A stretch of DNA of 64,000 bases from a virus, in IMG/VR virus record IMGVR_UViG_3300000101_000008, positions 37,269 to 101,268 of that record. One strand, given 5' to 3'. The notes beneath the pieces were generated by a model. It ran no database searches, had not been told where the DNA came from, and saw only the letters and a program-made list of their open reading frames with translations. This document shows positions 36,446 to 46,568 of this stretch, piece by piece. The translations under genes were made by a program, and so were the position numbers. Position 1 is the stretch's first letter. Each line of letters begins with the position of its first letter.

Positions 36446-38533
36446 ATGCAGAATTTAGACACAACAGCAGAAGAACTATTTAATAAGATACGTGGACGCT
36501 TTCCAAGTATTACTATAGGTGATGCTGAAGGTAACGTAACTAACGAACCTAAACTAGGTAGATACTTTGATTTTGACTTTGTAAATGAAGGTCGTCCAAT
36601 TGGTAAAGTTAGTGTAAGTCTAGATGAAAAGAATGTGGCAGTAGTATACGGTGGCGACTTAGTTGCTACTGAATCAGATATAGCAAAAAAAGGCTGGTAC
36701 GATTTCTTAAAAGAACTACGCATGTTTGCAAGAAAACGAACACTAGAATTTGACACAAGAGACATAACAAAATCTAATTTAGATCAAAGAGATTACAAAT
36801 TTTTGGCAAAGAATCGTGACGGGGATAACGGAATGAACGAATCAAAATTATATGGCACATCAAGACAGTCTTATCAAGACTTTGATGGAGCACGTTTAAT
36901 GATCAAACATACAGAAGGTGTTGATCAAGAAGCAAGCGCAGGACGCACAAGAAAAATTGGTGCAATATATGTTGAAAGCTCAGAAGGTGAAAGATTTAAA
37001 TATCCTTTCAAACACCTTACTGGTGCAAGAGCAATGGCAAGACACGTATCAGAAGGCGGAGTACCGCATGATGATTTTGGTAAGCATATTGTAAGTATGT
37101 CAGAAGAAATGAACAAACTACGTAAGTTTAAATCTTATATGGGACGTTCAGCAGTAATGGCAGAAAGCCTAGCAGAGTATGTAGATGTTGTTAAACAACG
37201 TGTAGGTACAATTAAGAAAACATTAGAATCATTACAAAAGCCATCATACTATAAAGAAACATTTGAAGCATTTGAAACCCCCGTACTTGAAGATGTTCCT
37301 ACTGATGTTGCTGAAAATTGGATTGATCAACTTACTATTAAACAGTTCAATGAAGAGCTTGCAGATGTATTCCCCTACATTTACAAATTAGTAAGCGAAG
37401 CAAACAAAGCAGAAGAACTAGGACCTTTAGATTTACAAGGATATACTGTTCACGAAGTAGCAGGGCCAAAAGATTGTTGGGACGGTTATAAGAAAGACGG
37501 TACACAGGCTGGAACAGGTAAGAACAAAGGCAAGCGTGTAAACAAGTGTGTTCCGGAAGATGCTGAACTAGAGCAAGGCTTTGAAGAAATGATGGGCCAG
37601 TTTGCTGAAGGCGAAACCAACGAAGAAGTTGAAGTTTCAGATGAGATGAGAAGCCAAATATCAGATTGGATTGATAAATTCTCCAAGTACAAAGGCGGTA
37701 ACGGAGATACATTACCAGAAGGTTATATGCAGTGGGCATTAAACTCGGGTATTGCTACAGACTTTTTTGAAGAAAATGAAGTAGATGCATTTAACAAAAA
37801 GAAAGGTTACGATGCTGATAGCCAAACTGAAGAATGGACCGATGAAGACCACGATGATTTTACAGATAACACATCAGGTGCAAGTCCAATTACAAGTGCG
37901 TGTCTAAAAATGCTTAATAAAATTACAGGCGATGATTTCATTGAAGACAATGCTCATATTATTGACGCAGTAATGCACGGTGACGGTAACGAATCAACTA
38001 ACGAAGCACAAGAAGGCCAAGTAGGAACTATGACACTGTTTGTTACTGATCAAGATGGCGGCGAACACGAAGCAGAAGTTCAAGTTAAAATTGTAAATGG
38101 TAAGCCAGAGATTGATCCTAATACATTACCTGGACCAGAAGACCAACTTTATTGGGACGAAGCTGACATTGAACAACAAGCAATGGATGCAATGAAAAAC
38201 GGCGATATTGAATTTGATGAAGGCGACAACGACACTATGGACGTTAAGATAGACAAAGACGGAGCTATTAGCAAAGACGGCGGCACTGACGAAAAAGAGC
38301 AAAAGACACCATTAGGCGAGTTCATACTATCTTACTACGATAAAGAAGAAGGTGCATTTCCAAAAGGCGAAACAGCAGTACTAACAATGGTAGAAAAAGA
38401 TTACGGTGAACAGTATATCAATCCAGCAAAAGCATTTATTGAAAGTGTATATGAAATGACGGAAAGATACAAACAGGCAGAAGATACGAATCCACAAATG
38501 GATAGAATGAAAGAATTAGCCGGTCTAAGATAG
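36446..38533 (+). CDS. Large acidic late protein (probable head/internal protein)
   Basis: Start ATG at 36446, 5 nt after TAAATA (36435-36440); CWDGY...KRVNKCVPE module, acidic inserts, C-terminal RMKELAGL. Confidence 0.6.
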   Translation: MQNLDTTAEELFNKIRGRFPSITIGDAEGNVTNEPKLGRYFDFDFVNEGRPIGKVSVSLDEKNVAVVYGGDLVATESDIAKKGWYDFLKELRMFARKRTLEFDTRDITKSNLDQRDYKFLAKNRDGDNGMNESKLYGTSRQSYQDFDGARLMIKHTEGVDQEASAGRTRKIGAIYVESSEGERFKYPFKHLTGARAMARHVSEGGVPHDDFGKHIVSMSEEMNKLRKFKSYMGRSAVMAESLAEYVDVVKQRVGTIKKTLESLQKPSYYKETFEAFETPVLEDVPTDVAENWIDQLTIKQFNEELADVFPYIYKLVSEANKAEELGPLDLQGYTVHEVAGPKDCWDGYKKDGTQAGTGKNKGKRVNKCVPEDAELEQGFEEMMGQFAEGETNEEVEVSDEMRSQISDWIDKFSKYKGGNGDTLPEGYMQWALNSGIATDFFEENEVDAFNKKKGYDADSQTEEWTDEDHDDFTDNTSGASPITSACLKMLNKITGDDFIEDNAHIIDAVMHGDGNESTNEAQEGQVGTMTLFVTDQDGGEHEAEVQVKIVNGKPEIDPNTLPGPEDQLYWDEADIEQQAMDAMKNGDIEFDEGDNDTMDVKIDKDGAISKDGGTDEKEQKTPLGEFILSYYDKEEGAFPKGETAVLTMVEKDYGEQYINPAKAFIESVYEMTERYKQAEDTNPQMDRMKELAGLR

Positions 38534-38572
38534 ATTGGTTATAAGTTTTTCAGGTTTTTCTTTAAAAAAGAC

Positions 38573-38601
38573 TTGACAAGGTAAGTAGTAGAGTGTATTA
38601 T
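38573..38601 (+). promoter_or_regulatory. Sigma70-type promoter TTGACA-N17-TATTAT for gp32
   Basis: Consensus -35 with an upstream A/T tract. Confidence 0.7.
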
Positions 38602-38669
38602 ATATACTGTGCTACAAACAAATAGGCACAAAAGCACATAGGCATAACAATCATATAGGAGGCACAACT

Positions 38670-39659
38670 ATGGCATCATTAGCAGAAATCCGAGCAAAGC
38701 TCAAAGAGCAAGAAGCAAACGCTTCAGGTAACCGTAGCTCAGGCGGCGGTGACAACAGCATTTACCCATTTTGGAATATTAAAGAAGGCGAGTCGGCAAC
38801 GATGAGATTCTTGCCAGATGGCGATGCAGATAATACTTTCTTTTGGAAAGAACGTTTAGTAATTAAACTTCCATTTGCAGGTATTAAAGGTGAGACAGAC
38901 TCACGTCCAGTACAAGTACAAATTCCGTGTATGGAAATGTACGGCGAAACATGTAACATTCTAAACGAAGTACGTGGCTGGTTTAAAGATCCAAGTCTTG
39001 AAGATATGGGTCGCAAGTATTGGAAGAAACGTTCTTATATCTTCCAAGGGTTTGTAACTGATAACCCGCTATCCGATGATCAAACTCCGGAGAATCCAAT
39101 CCGTAGATTTATTATTGGTCCACAAATCTTCCAAATCATTAAGCAGGCGCTTATGGATCCGGATATGGAAGAGTTACCAACAGATTATACTGCTGGTGTA
39201 GACTTCCGTCTTAACAAAACAAGTAAAGGCGGTTATGCAGACTATTCAACATCTAATTGGGCACGTAGAGATCGTCCACTAGGTGACACTGAAATGAATG
39301 CAGTTAATACACACGGGTTGTTTAATTTAAGTGACTTCCTTCCTAAAAAGCCAGGTGATGTAGAACTAAAGGTTATGCAAGAAATGTTTGAAGCGTCAGT
39401 AGACGGTGAAGCATATGATGCAGAACGTTGGGGACAATACTTCCGACCAGCAGGTATGCAACAGCGTACAGGTGATCCATTAAAGGCATCTGCACCAGCG
39501 GCAACAACACCTGCTCCGACACCAGCACCAGCGGCACCTGCTCCAGTAGCAGAAGCGGCTCCTGCGGCAACTCCAGCACCAACTGCTGAAGCTCCTGCAG
39601 AAGGTGGCGGCAATGCAAATGACATTCTAGCAATGATCAGAGCACGTCAAAGTTCATAA
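38670..39659 (+). CDS. gp32: Single-stranded DNA-binding protein (T4 gp32-like)
   Basis: MRFLPDGD, YWKKRSY, DFRLNKTSKGGYADYSTSNW; Ala/Pro-rich linker; precedes uvsX-uvsY. Confidence 0.88.
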   Translation: MASLAEIRAKLKEQEANASGNRSSGGGDNSIYPFWNIKEGESATMRFLPDGDADNTFFWKERLVIKLPFAGIKGETDSRPVQVQIPCMEMYGETCNILNEVRGWFKDPSLEDMGRKYWKKRSYIFQGFVTDNPLSDDQTPENPIRRFIIGPQIFQIIKQALMDPDMEELPTDYTAGVDFRLNKTSKGGYADYSTSNWARRDRPLGDTEMNAVNTHGLFNLSDFLPKKPGDVELKVMQEMFEASVDGEAYDAERWGQYFRPAGMQQRTGDPLKASAPAATTPAPTPAPAAPAPVAEAAPAATPAPTAEAPAEGGGNANDILAMIRARQSS

Positions 39660-39670
39660 TAATTTAATAC

Positions 39671-39697
39671 GGGTTACAAGTGTAATGCTTGTAACTC
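39671..39697 (+). other. Intergenic RNA hairpin between gp32 and uvsX
   Basis: GGGTTACAAG...CTTGTAACTC stem (one G-U pair) with no U tract; possible processing or stabilising element. Confidence 0.5.
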
Positions 39698-39730
39698 ATA
39701 AATTAACGGCTTTTAAAAACAGGAGATACC

Positions 39731-40825
39731 ATGGCGAATAAAGCGTTTGATCCTACTAAGTTTAGGACACAACTAACTAAATCCATTTCAGGAATGAGTG
39801 CAGGGTTCAATGACCCGACTGATTGGATTAGTACAGGAAATTATGCACTCAACTATCTTATCTCAGGAGACTTTCATAAAGGTGTTCCGCTAGGTAAGGT
39901 ATCTGTTTTTGCAGGAGAATCAGGTGCAGGTAAATCATATATCTGTGCAGGTAACATTGTAAAAGCGGCACAAGACCAAGGCATCTTTGTAGTCTTAATT
40001 GATTCAGAGAATGCACTTGACGAAGCGTGGCTACAAGCATTAGATGTAGACACAGCAGATGACAAACTACTAAAACTTAATATGTCAATGATTGATGATG
40101 TTGCTAAAACAGTATCAACATTTATGATTGACTATAAAGAAATGAACGAAGAAGAACGTCCTAAAGTATTATTTGTTATTGACTCACTAGGTATGCTATT
40201 AACACCAACAGATGTTGATCAGTTTCAAAAGGGTGATATGAAAGGTGATATGGGTCGTAAGCCTAAAGCACTAACATCACTTGTACGTAATACTGTTAAC
40301 ATGATTGGTTCACATAACGTAGGCTTAGTGTGTACTAACCATACATATGCATCACAAGATATGTTTGATCCAGATGACAAGATATCAGGTGGTCAAGGCT
40401 TTATCTATGCATCTTCAATTGTTGTAGCAATGAAAAAACTAAAACTAAAAGAAGATGAAGATGGTAACAAGATCAGTCAAGTTATGGGTATTCGTGCAGG
40501 CTGTAAGGTAATGAAAACTAGATATGCAAAACCTTTCGAGGCAGTGCAAGTTAAAATTCCTTATGAAACAGGCATGAATCCATATAGCGGACTATTGGAG
40601 TTATTTGAAGCAAAAGGTGTCATTGAAAAACAAGGTAACAGACTAAAGTATGTTTCCAGCGATGGCGAAGAAATCTTAGAATATCGTAAGAAATGGATCG
40701 GCGAAAACCTCGATACTGTTATGTCAGATTATCTAATAAAAGAAGCGACTTTGGTAAATACCTCGGACGACGAATCTATTATAGATGAAGTAGAATTAGA
40801 CGACATACAAACAATCGAGGAGTAG
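39731..40825 (+). CDS. uvsX: RecA-like recombinase UvsX
   Basis: ISTGNYALN, AGESGAGKS, IDSENA, VIDSLG, TNHTY, SGGQG. Confidence 0.93.
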   Translation: MANKAFDPTKFRTQLTKSISGMSAGFNDPTDWISTGNYALNYLISGDFHKGVPLGKVSVFAGESGAGKSYICAGNIVKAAQDQGIFVVLIDSENALDEAWLQALDVDTADDKLLKLNMSMIDDVAKTVSTFMIDYKEMNEEERPKVLFVIDSLGMLLTPTDVDQFQKGDMKGDMGRKPKALTSLVRNTVNMIGSHNVGLVCTNHTYASQDMFDPDDKISGGQGFIYASSIVVAMKKLKLKEDEDGNKISQVMGIRAGCKVMKTRYAKPFEAVQVKIPYETGMNPYSGLLELFEAKGVIEKQGNRLKYVSSDGEEILEYRKKWIGENLDTVMSDYLIKEATLVNTSDDESIIDEVELDDIQTIEE

Positions 40826-40828
40826 AGT

Positions 40829-41059
40829 ATGGAAGAAGAGCAAATCGTAGATATATGGAATATGTTTAAGGAGTATCTTGATAAAAAGCATATTGAAATT
40901 GCGGCAGAACGCTTTGTAGACTTGATGGCCGATATGGGCACAGGTGACGATGTGTTTACTAATGCACTAGGAAGTGATAGTGCATTGGATACTGCAATAA
41001 ACTATTATCTAGACATTGACGATGAAGATGTTCTTGACGAAGAGACAGATTGGGATTAA
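40829..41059 (+). CDS. Small acidic hypothetical protein
   Basis: 76 aa between uvsX and uvsY, GAGGAG RBS. Confidence 0.65.
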   Translation: MEEEQIVDIWNMFKEYLDKKHIEIAAERFVDLMADMGTGDDVFTNALGSDSALDTAINYYLDIDDEDVLDEETDWD

Positions 41060-41062
41060 ATT

Positions 41063-41518
41063 ATGGGTTGGTATAGCGAAGTATCTAGAGACATTAACAA
41101 GATACCTAATGCAGTTACATTCTATGAAAGTGAACTAATTGACGCAAAGAAAGAAGTTAAATTAGTTGGCAGTGTAGAAAAAGCATCAGCGGCTATGCCA
41201 GGCATAGTAGAACACAGGTTCAATCAATTACAAGAGATTGAAGCAATCCTAAACTATCTAAACATTGAGCTACGCAGGTTGCGTAGTTCATACTTTAAAA
41301 AATACTTAGAAAATTATCAACGAGCTCTGTCTAGTCGCGACGTAGAAAAATACGTTGACGGCGAGGCAGACGTTGTTGATTATGAAAAAATTATTAACGA
41401 GTTTGCACTAATGCGTAATAAGTGGTTAGGTGTCTTAAAAGGACTTGATCAAAAGCAATGGCAAATAACAAACGTAGTTAAACTACGTGTAGCAGGTATG
41501 GAAGATGCTACGCTATGA
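41063..41518 (+). CDS. uvsY: Recombination mediator UvsY
   Basis: Helical 151 aa; DVEKYVDGEAD, KGLDQKQWQITNVVKLRVAG; position after uvsX. Confidence 0.8.
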   Translation: MGWYSEVSRDINKIPNAVTFYESELIDAKKEVKLVGSVEKASAAMPGIVEHRFNQLQEIEAILNYLNIELRRLRSSYFKKYLENYQRALSSRDVEKYVDGEADVVDYEKIINEFALMRNKWLGVLKGLDQKQWQITNVVKLRVAGMEDATL

Positions 41519-42168
41519 CACAATACTACAGTCAAATAGAACAAGACAAATATTATATTGAAAATATATCACGTGGCAAACGTGAAGGATTCTATTTAGA
41601 TATTGGTGCTAATGATGGAGTATTTACAAGTAATACTGCTACATTAGACTACTCCTTTGGCTGGAAAGGTATTTGTATAGAAGCAAATCCGCATTTAATA
41701 CCGCAACTACAAAACAACAGACAGCATAGTACAGTAGTACATTGTGCTGTTTTTAATACTAACGGTGAAGTTACTTTTGAAATTCCTTTAAGTGAACATA
41801 AGGATATTCGAGGAGACTTGTTATCTAGAATTACAAACGTAGATTTAGATGCTAGAAATAAAAAATACTTTAAAAAACATTTTAAAGATAAAACAGAAAC
41901 TACAACAGTAACAAGCAAAACTGTTACCACAATATTACAAGAGAATCATAAATTGCCATGTACAGTTGACTACATGAGTTTGGATACAGAAGGTGCTGAA
42001 CTAGAAGCATTACAAGGTATAGACTTTAGTAAAATTACAATAAAGTTTATGACTATTGAACATGGTAATAGAAAAGGCATGATTGAAAAGTTAACGGATT
42101 ACCTATCACCACATGGATACAAAGTACATAGAATCAATAAGTGGGATATAGAATTTGAGCATGAATAG
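41515..42168 (+). CDS. FkbM-family methyltransferase
   Basis: YSQIEQD, YLDIGANDG, WKGICIEAN, DYMSLDTEGAE. Confidence 0.88.
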   Translation: MTQYYSQIEQDKYYIENISRGKREGFYLDIGANDGVFTSNTATLDYSFGWKGICIEANPHLIPQLQNNRQHSTVVHCAVFNTNGEVTFEIPLSEHKDIRGDLLSRITNVDLDARNKKYFKKHFKDKTETTTVTSKTVTTILQENHKLPCTVDYMSLDTEGAELEALQGIDFSKITIKFMTIEHGNRKGMIEKLTDYLSPHGYKVHRINKWDIEFEHE

Positions 42169-43384
42169 TTGGGACGTATTTGATACACTAATTGCACGTA
42201 GGTTCTTTTATCCTAAAACAGTACATGAAGAAACTGCTAGACGTATTAACGATTCTAACTACGTTAAAAAACGTATACGTGCTGAAAAAGCAACTAAGAA
42301 AGACGAAGGCAACTTCGAAGACATCTATAAACTGTTACCTGAGTACGATCCACAAGTTGAATTACAAGTAGAACTTGAACACTTATTTCCAATAGTAGAA
42401 AATATAAACAAAGTCAAAGACGGTGACTTAATACTAAGTGACATGTATCTTAGTGCAGATGAAATTATGAAAATATTACGCAACTGCGGACTAACAAAAA
42501 ATGTAGATATTATTGTTACTAGGTATGGTAAGCGTCACGGATACATTTGGGATAGTGTAAAACAGAAGTATAACATAGATACACACTATGGAGATAACGA
42601 ACATAGCGATGTTAAAACTGCACAAGCAAACGGAGTTAATGGCGTCTTAGACACGCTTACACACTTCACAGAGCTTGAACAAATGGCATATGAAGTAGAT
42701 CCACAACTAGCATGTTGGATGCGTAAAACTAGGTTATTATGTCCACATACAGGCGATGCAAAGAAGTATTGGATTGAGCAAGCAAACTTAAACTTGCCTG
42801 TACTAGCACTTGCTACACTAGAACTACCAGATAGAGATATTGCTTTTACATATAGAGACTGTTGTAATTGGCAACCGTTATACGAAGCAATGACTGGTAA
42901 GAAAAGTAAGATGCTTATTACTAGTAGGAAAATGTATTTAGAACCTAACAAACACTTTAAAGAATATATAGATAGAACGATTGATGCTAACACAACTATA
43001 GTAGATTTGCAAGGTGAAGGCAATAGCATTTATAAATTTTATAACCAAGCACCACCGCATACAATATACATAGGAGGAAAGACACTTCCTTACATTGATC
43101 GTCTTGTACCGTTTGCTACAAAGAGTTTAGAAAAACACAACTGCTATCAGTTTGGCCCAGTAATTGATTGGGACGAAGATGGACCTATTAGAGGACCAAA
43201 CGATCATCCTCAACAGATTGCAAAGATACAATATAATGCAATAGCTAGTGCAATTAGTATTTGTGATTTATTTAAACCTAAGCCTAACAAGGAACTATTG
43301 TTAAAGTTTGTTGAACGTATGCACAGTAAAGAATATGCAACAACAAATATTAAATGGGCAAAGTTTAATGAGCAAAAGAAATGA
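42161..43384 (+). CDS. HAD-superfamily hydrolase-like protein of polysaccharide loci
   Basis: SWDVFDTLI (motif I), LSDMYL, HYGDNEHSD (motif IV). Confidence 0.75.
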   Translation: MNSWDVFDTLIARRFFYPKTVHEETARRINDSNYVKKRIRAEKATKKDEGNFEDIYKLLPEYDPQVELQVELEHLFPIVENINKVKDGDLILSDMYLSADEIMKILRNCGLTKNVDIIVTRYGKRHGYIWDSVKQKYNIDTHYGDNEHSDVKTAQANGVNGVLDTLTHFTELEQMAYEVDPQLACWMRKTRLLCPHTGDAKKYWIEQANLNLPVLALATLELPDRDIAFTYRDCCNWQPLYEAMTGKKSKMLITSRKMYLEPNKHFKEYIDRTIDANTTIVDLQGEGNSIYKFYNQAPPHTIYIGGKTLPYIDRLVPFATKSLEKHNCYQFGPVIDWDEDGPIRGPNDHPQQIAKIQYNAIASAISICDLFKPKPNKELLLKFVERMHSKEYATTNIKWAKFNEQKK

Positions 43385-44367
43385 AAGGCGTAGCAGTAAT
43401 AGGCGCAAGTAAGTCATCTGGAATACTAAAGCGTATGTTATACGCACATGGACATACATTTGATTTAAAAAGTTGTTTAGATTCTAACTATGCTGATTTT
43501 TATTTCCAAACAAATATCTTAAAACATTATGAAGGAAAGAAAGTAACTAGAGATGCATTTGAATTTATTGCACGTAGTGATAAACCTTCTATTGTAAACG
43601 AAAGTCCTATCTTTAGAGATTTACAAGGTAACAGTAAATTAACTAAATGGCACAGGCTTGCTTGGAATAGTTACTTTTATAATACTGGCACGTATCCAAA
43701 AGACTGTCCTAGTGACCGTTGGGAAATGATGCAAAAGGATTTTGATTTACAAATAAACCCTTGGGACGATAACGGCGATTATGTATTACTATGCTTACAG
43801 AAAATTGGTGATAGTAGTTTAAATCATTTGTATAAAAAATACAATACCGACACAGCCTGGCAAGCATACACCTTATGGTTAAAAGATACACTAGACGAAA
43901 TACGTAGAAATACAGATAGAAAAATTGTAATACGCCCACACCCAAATAATATGCGACCACAAGTAAGATACTTTTCAGAGTTAGCAAGCAAATATACAAA
44001 TGTGGTAATGAGTAGCAACTTTGAATACAACGGAAGTGTTACTATGGCACCCAGCGGTGGGCTTAAAAAGGACATTTTAGACTCAAAATGCGTTATAGTT
44101 TTTAGTAGTTTAACGGCAGTTGAGAGCATTTTTAATGGCAAACCAACGTATACATTAGACCCAAGTTCAGTAGCATCACCTATTGCTAGAAGCAATTTAC
44201 ATCATATTGAGACTGCTTGGCAACCCGTTGATAGACAACAATGGTTAAATGATATGAGTTATGCACAGTGGACAGGTGAAGAAATACAAAGAGGTGATCC
44301 CTGGCATACATTACATTCTTTATTTGAACAAGCCAAGACACAAAAGCATACACAAATCATGCAATAA
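43381..44367 (+). CDS. KpsS/KpsC-like (capsule-synthesis) GT-B glycosyltransferase
   Basis: LLCLQKIGDSS (QxxxD), IVIRPHP, SSLTAVESIFNGKP, QWT-x-EEI. Confidence 0.65.
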   Translation: MKGVAVIGASKSSGILKRMLYAHGHTFDLKSCLDSNYADFYFQTNILKHYEGKKVTRDAFEFIARSDKPSIVNESPIFRDLQGNSKLTKWHRLAWNSYFYNTGTYPKDCPSDRWEMMQKDFDLQINPWDDNGDYVLLCLQKIGDSSLNHLYKKYNTDTAWQAYTLWLKDTLDEIRRNTDRKIVIRPHPNNMRPQVRYFSELASKYTNVVMSSNFEYNGSVTMAPSGGLKKDILDSKCVIVFSSLTAVESIFNGKPTYTLDPSSVASPIARSNLHHIETAWQPVDRQQWLNDMSYAQWTGEEIQRGDPWHTLHSLFEQAKTQKHTQIMQ

Positions 44368-44375
44368 ATATCTAC

Positions 44376-45137
44376 ATGAACGTAGTATTAGTAACCGGCG
44401 GCTTTGATCCGCTACACTCAGGACACATAGAATATTTTATAGAAGCAAAGAAACTCGGCGACAAACTTGTTGTTGGTGTTAATACAGATGCTTGGTTAAA
44501 ACGCAAGAAAGGTCGTCCGTTTATGCCCGGCGGCGAACGCATTTCAATTATAAAAAACTTATCAATGGTTGATCATTGTTTGTTATTTGGTGACGATGAC
44601 GATAGTGCTATTGAAGCAATAAACAATGTTAGACTGTTATATCCTGATGCACATATCATATTTGCAAACGGCGGAGATAGAACATCTGAGAATATTCCAG
44701 AGATGGAAGCAGATGTAGAAAATATTTCTTTTAAATTCGGCGTAGGCGGAGAGATCAAAGCCAACAGTAGTAGTTGGATACTTGACGAGTGGAAAACACA
44801 AAAGACTGAACGTGATTGGGGCTATTGGCGTGTACTAGATGACAAGCCAGACAAAGGTTACAAAGTAAAAGAGCTTGTAATATATCCAGGTAAATCACTC
44901 AGTGATCAAAAACACTTTAAGCGTTCAGAAGAATGGAATGTGCTAGAAGGCACAGTTAAAATGGACACTGAATGGAATAGTATACAAAGTAGTATAATAC
45001 TAGAACCAAAAAGTAGAACATTTGAAATTGGTGAACAAGTTTGGCATAAGGCAAGCAATCCTGGAACAGAGAACACTCATATACTAGAAGTACAATGGGG
45101 CGACTGTTATGAAGAAGATATAGAAAGAAGAGATTAA
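44376..45137 (+). CDS. Cytidylyltransferase (HIGH-type) fused to a mannose-6-phosphate-isomerase-like cupin
   Basis: TGGFDPLHSGH, FANGGDR, NSSSWIL; then RDWGYW, SLSDQKHFKRSEEW, EEDIER. TAAATA 5 nt before the ATG. Confidence 0.85.
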   Translation: MNVVLVTGGFDPLHSGHIEYFIEAKKLGDKLVVGVNTDAWLKRKKGRPFMPGGERISIIKNLSMVDHCLLFGDDDDSAIEAINNVRLLYPDAHIIFANGGDRTSENIPEMEADVENISFKFGVGGEIKANSSSWILDEWKTQKTERDWGYWRVLDDKPDKGYKVKELVIYPGKSLSDQKHFKRSEEWNVLEGTVKMDTEWNSIQSSIILEPKSRTFEIGEQVWHKASNPGTENTHILEVQWGDCYEEDIERRD

Positions 45138-45808
45138 TGAAAGTATTCATAGGCTACGAACCAAGAGAAGATATGGCTTATCAAGTGTGTAAACATAGCA
45201 TACTAAAGCATCAACCCGATGCAGATGTACGTCCACTAGTACAAAAAGAATTAAGACAAGCAGGATGGTACAAGCGTCCTGAAGATAAACTTGCATCAAC
45301 AGAATTTACATTTACACGTTTCTTAGTACCAGAGCTTGCTAACTATAAAGGCTGGGCTTTGTTTATGGATTGTGATATGTTGCTTACAACAGACATTAAA
45401 GAATTATTTGATCAAGCAGATGACAAGTATGCTGTTATGTGTGTGCAACATGATTACACACCTAAAGAAAGCACAAAGATGGATGGGCAAAAGCAAACTA
45501 TCTATCCACGAAAGAACTGGTCAAGTGTTGTGTTATGGAACTGTAGTCATCCTAGTAATAAAGTTGTTGACCAAGATCAAGTTAACAGTTTAGAATTAAA
45601 TGGTGCATACTTTCATAGGTTTAGTTGGCTACAAGATGAAGAAATTGGCGAACTAGATCATACATGGAACTACTTAGTAGGTGTGTACGACGATATTGAA
45701 AAACCTAAATTAATTCATTTCACTGAAGGAGGTCCTTGGTTTGAAAACTATAGAGACTGTCAGTTTAATGAATTATGGAAACAAGAACTGTATGATATGT
45801 TTAAGTAA
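45137..45808 (+). CDS. GT-A glycosyltransferase (GT8-like)
   Basis: VFIGYEPRE, STEFTFTRFLVP, FMDCDML (DxD), RKNWSSV, WNYLVG, HFTEGGPW. Confidence 0.8.
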   Translation: MKVFIGYEPREDMAYQVCKHSILKHQPDADVRPLVQKELRQAGWYKRPEDKLASTEFTFTRFLVPELANYKGWALFMDCDMLLTTDIKELFDQADDKYAVMCVQHDYTPKESTKMDGQKQTIYPRKNWSSVVLWNCSHPSNKVVDQDQVNSLELNGAYFHRFSWLQDEEIGELDHTWNYLVGVYDDIEKPKLIHFTEGGPWFENYRDCQFNELWKQELYDMFK

Positions 45809-46568
45809 AAATAAAACAGATCAATATATAAACATGTTTGCTAAAAGTGCAAACTTGCCTATATACGACTATAGCGACTTTCCAGACAATGTCCCTATTG
45901 TAATACGTAGCATGGGCAAACGAAAACTTATACACGAATGTTGGAAGAACAAAAGAGACTTTTACTATATGGATAGTGGTTATGTAGGAAACTACAAGTC
46001 ATCAATAAATCCAAACGGTTGGAAACAATGGCATCGTATAGTAAAGAATGATGTACAACACAACGAAATAATAGACAGACCAAACGACAGATGGAACCGA
46101 CTACAACAAGCAATACACAAACCTAAGAAAGGTGGCGCACATATATTACTTGTTACACCTAGTGAAAAGCCTTGTAAGTTTTATGGTATTGATAGAGATC
46201 AATGGGTCAAAGATACTGTTAACGAAATAGAAAAGCATACAGATAGAACTATTATAATTAGAGACAAAGCACCACGACAAAGTCGTATAGACAAAACTAT
46301 ATATGATGACTTAGACAACTGTCATGCAATGGTTACATATCAAAGCATAGCGGCAGTAGAAAGTGTGTTATATGGCGTCTCAGCGTTTACTACAGCGCCT
46401 ACAGCGGCTGATCCAGTGTGCGATAAGGATATTAGTCGTATTGAAAGTCCAACACAACAAGACTCGCATAAAGTATATAAATGGGCATGTCACTTAGCAT
46501 ACGGACAATTCCATAATGAAGAATTACAAAACGGTACAGCACATAGAATAATAAAGGGCCTAGTATGA
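45792..46568 (+). CDS. KpsS/KpsC-like GT-B glycosyltransferase paralog
   Basis: YMDSGY, IIIRDK, TYQSIAAVESVLYGV, LAYGQF; start placed at ATG 45792. Confidence 0.55.
   Translation: MICLSKNKTDQYINMFAKSANLPIYDYSDFPDNVPIVIRSMGKRKLIHECWKNKRDFYYMDSGYVGNYKSSINPNGWKQWHRIVKNDVQHNEIIDRPNDRWNRLQQAIHKPKKGGAHILLVTPSEKPCKFYGIDRDQWVKDTVNEIEKHTDRTIIIRDKAPRQSRIDKTIYDDLDNCHAMVTYQSIAAVESVLYGVSAFTTAPTAADPVCDKDISRIESPTQQDSHKVYKWACHLAYGQFHNEELQNGTAHRIIKGLV

Noticed and set aside
39490-39600. Ala/Pro tandem repeat as a DNA repeat element
   Set aside because: It is the low-complexity linker of gp32 and is explained at the protein level.
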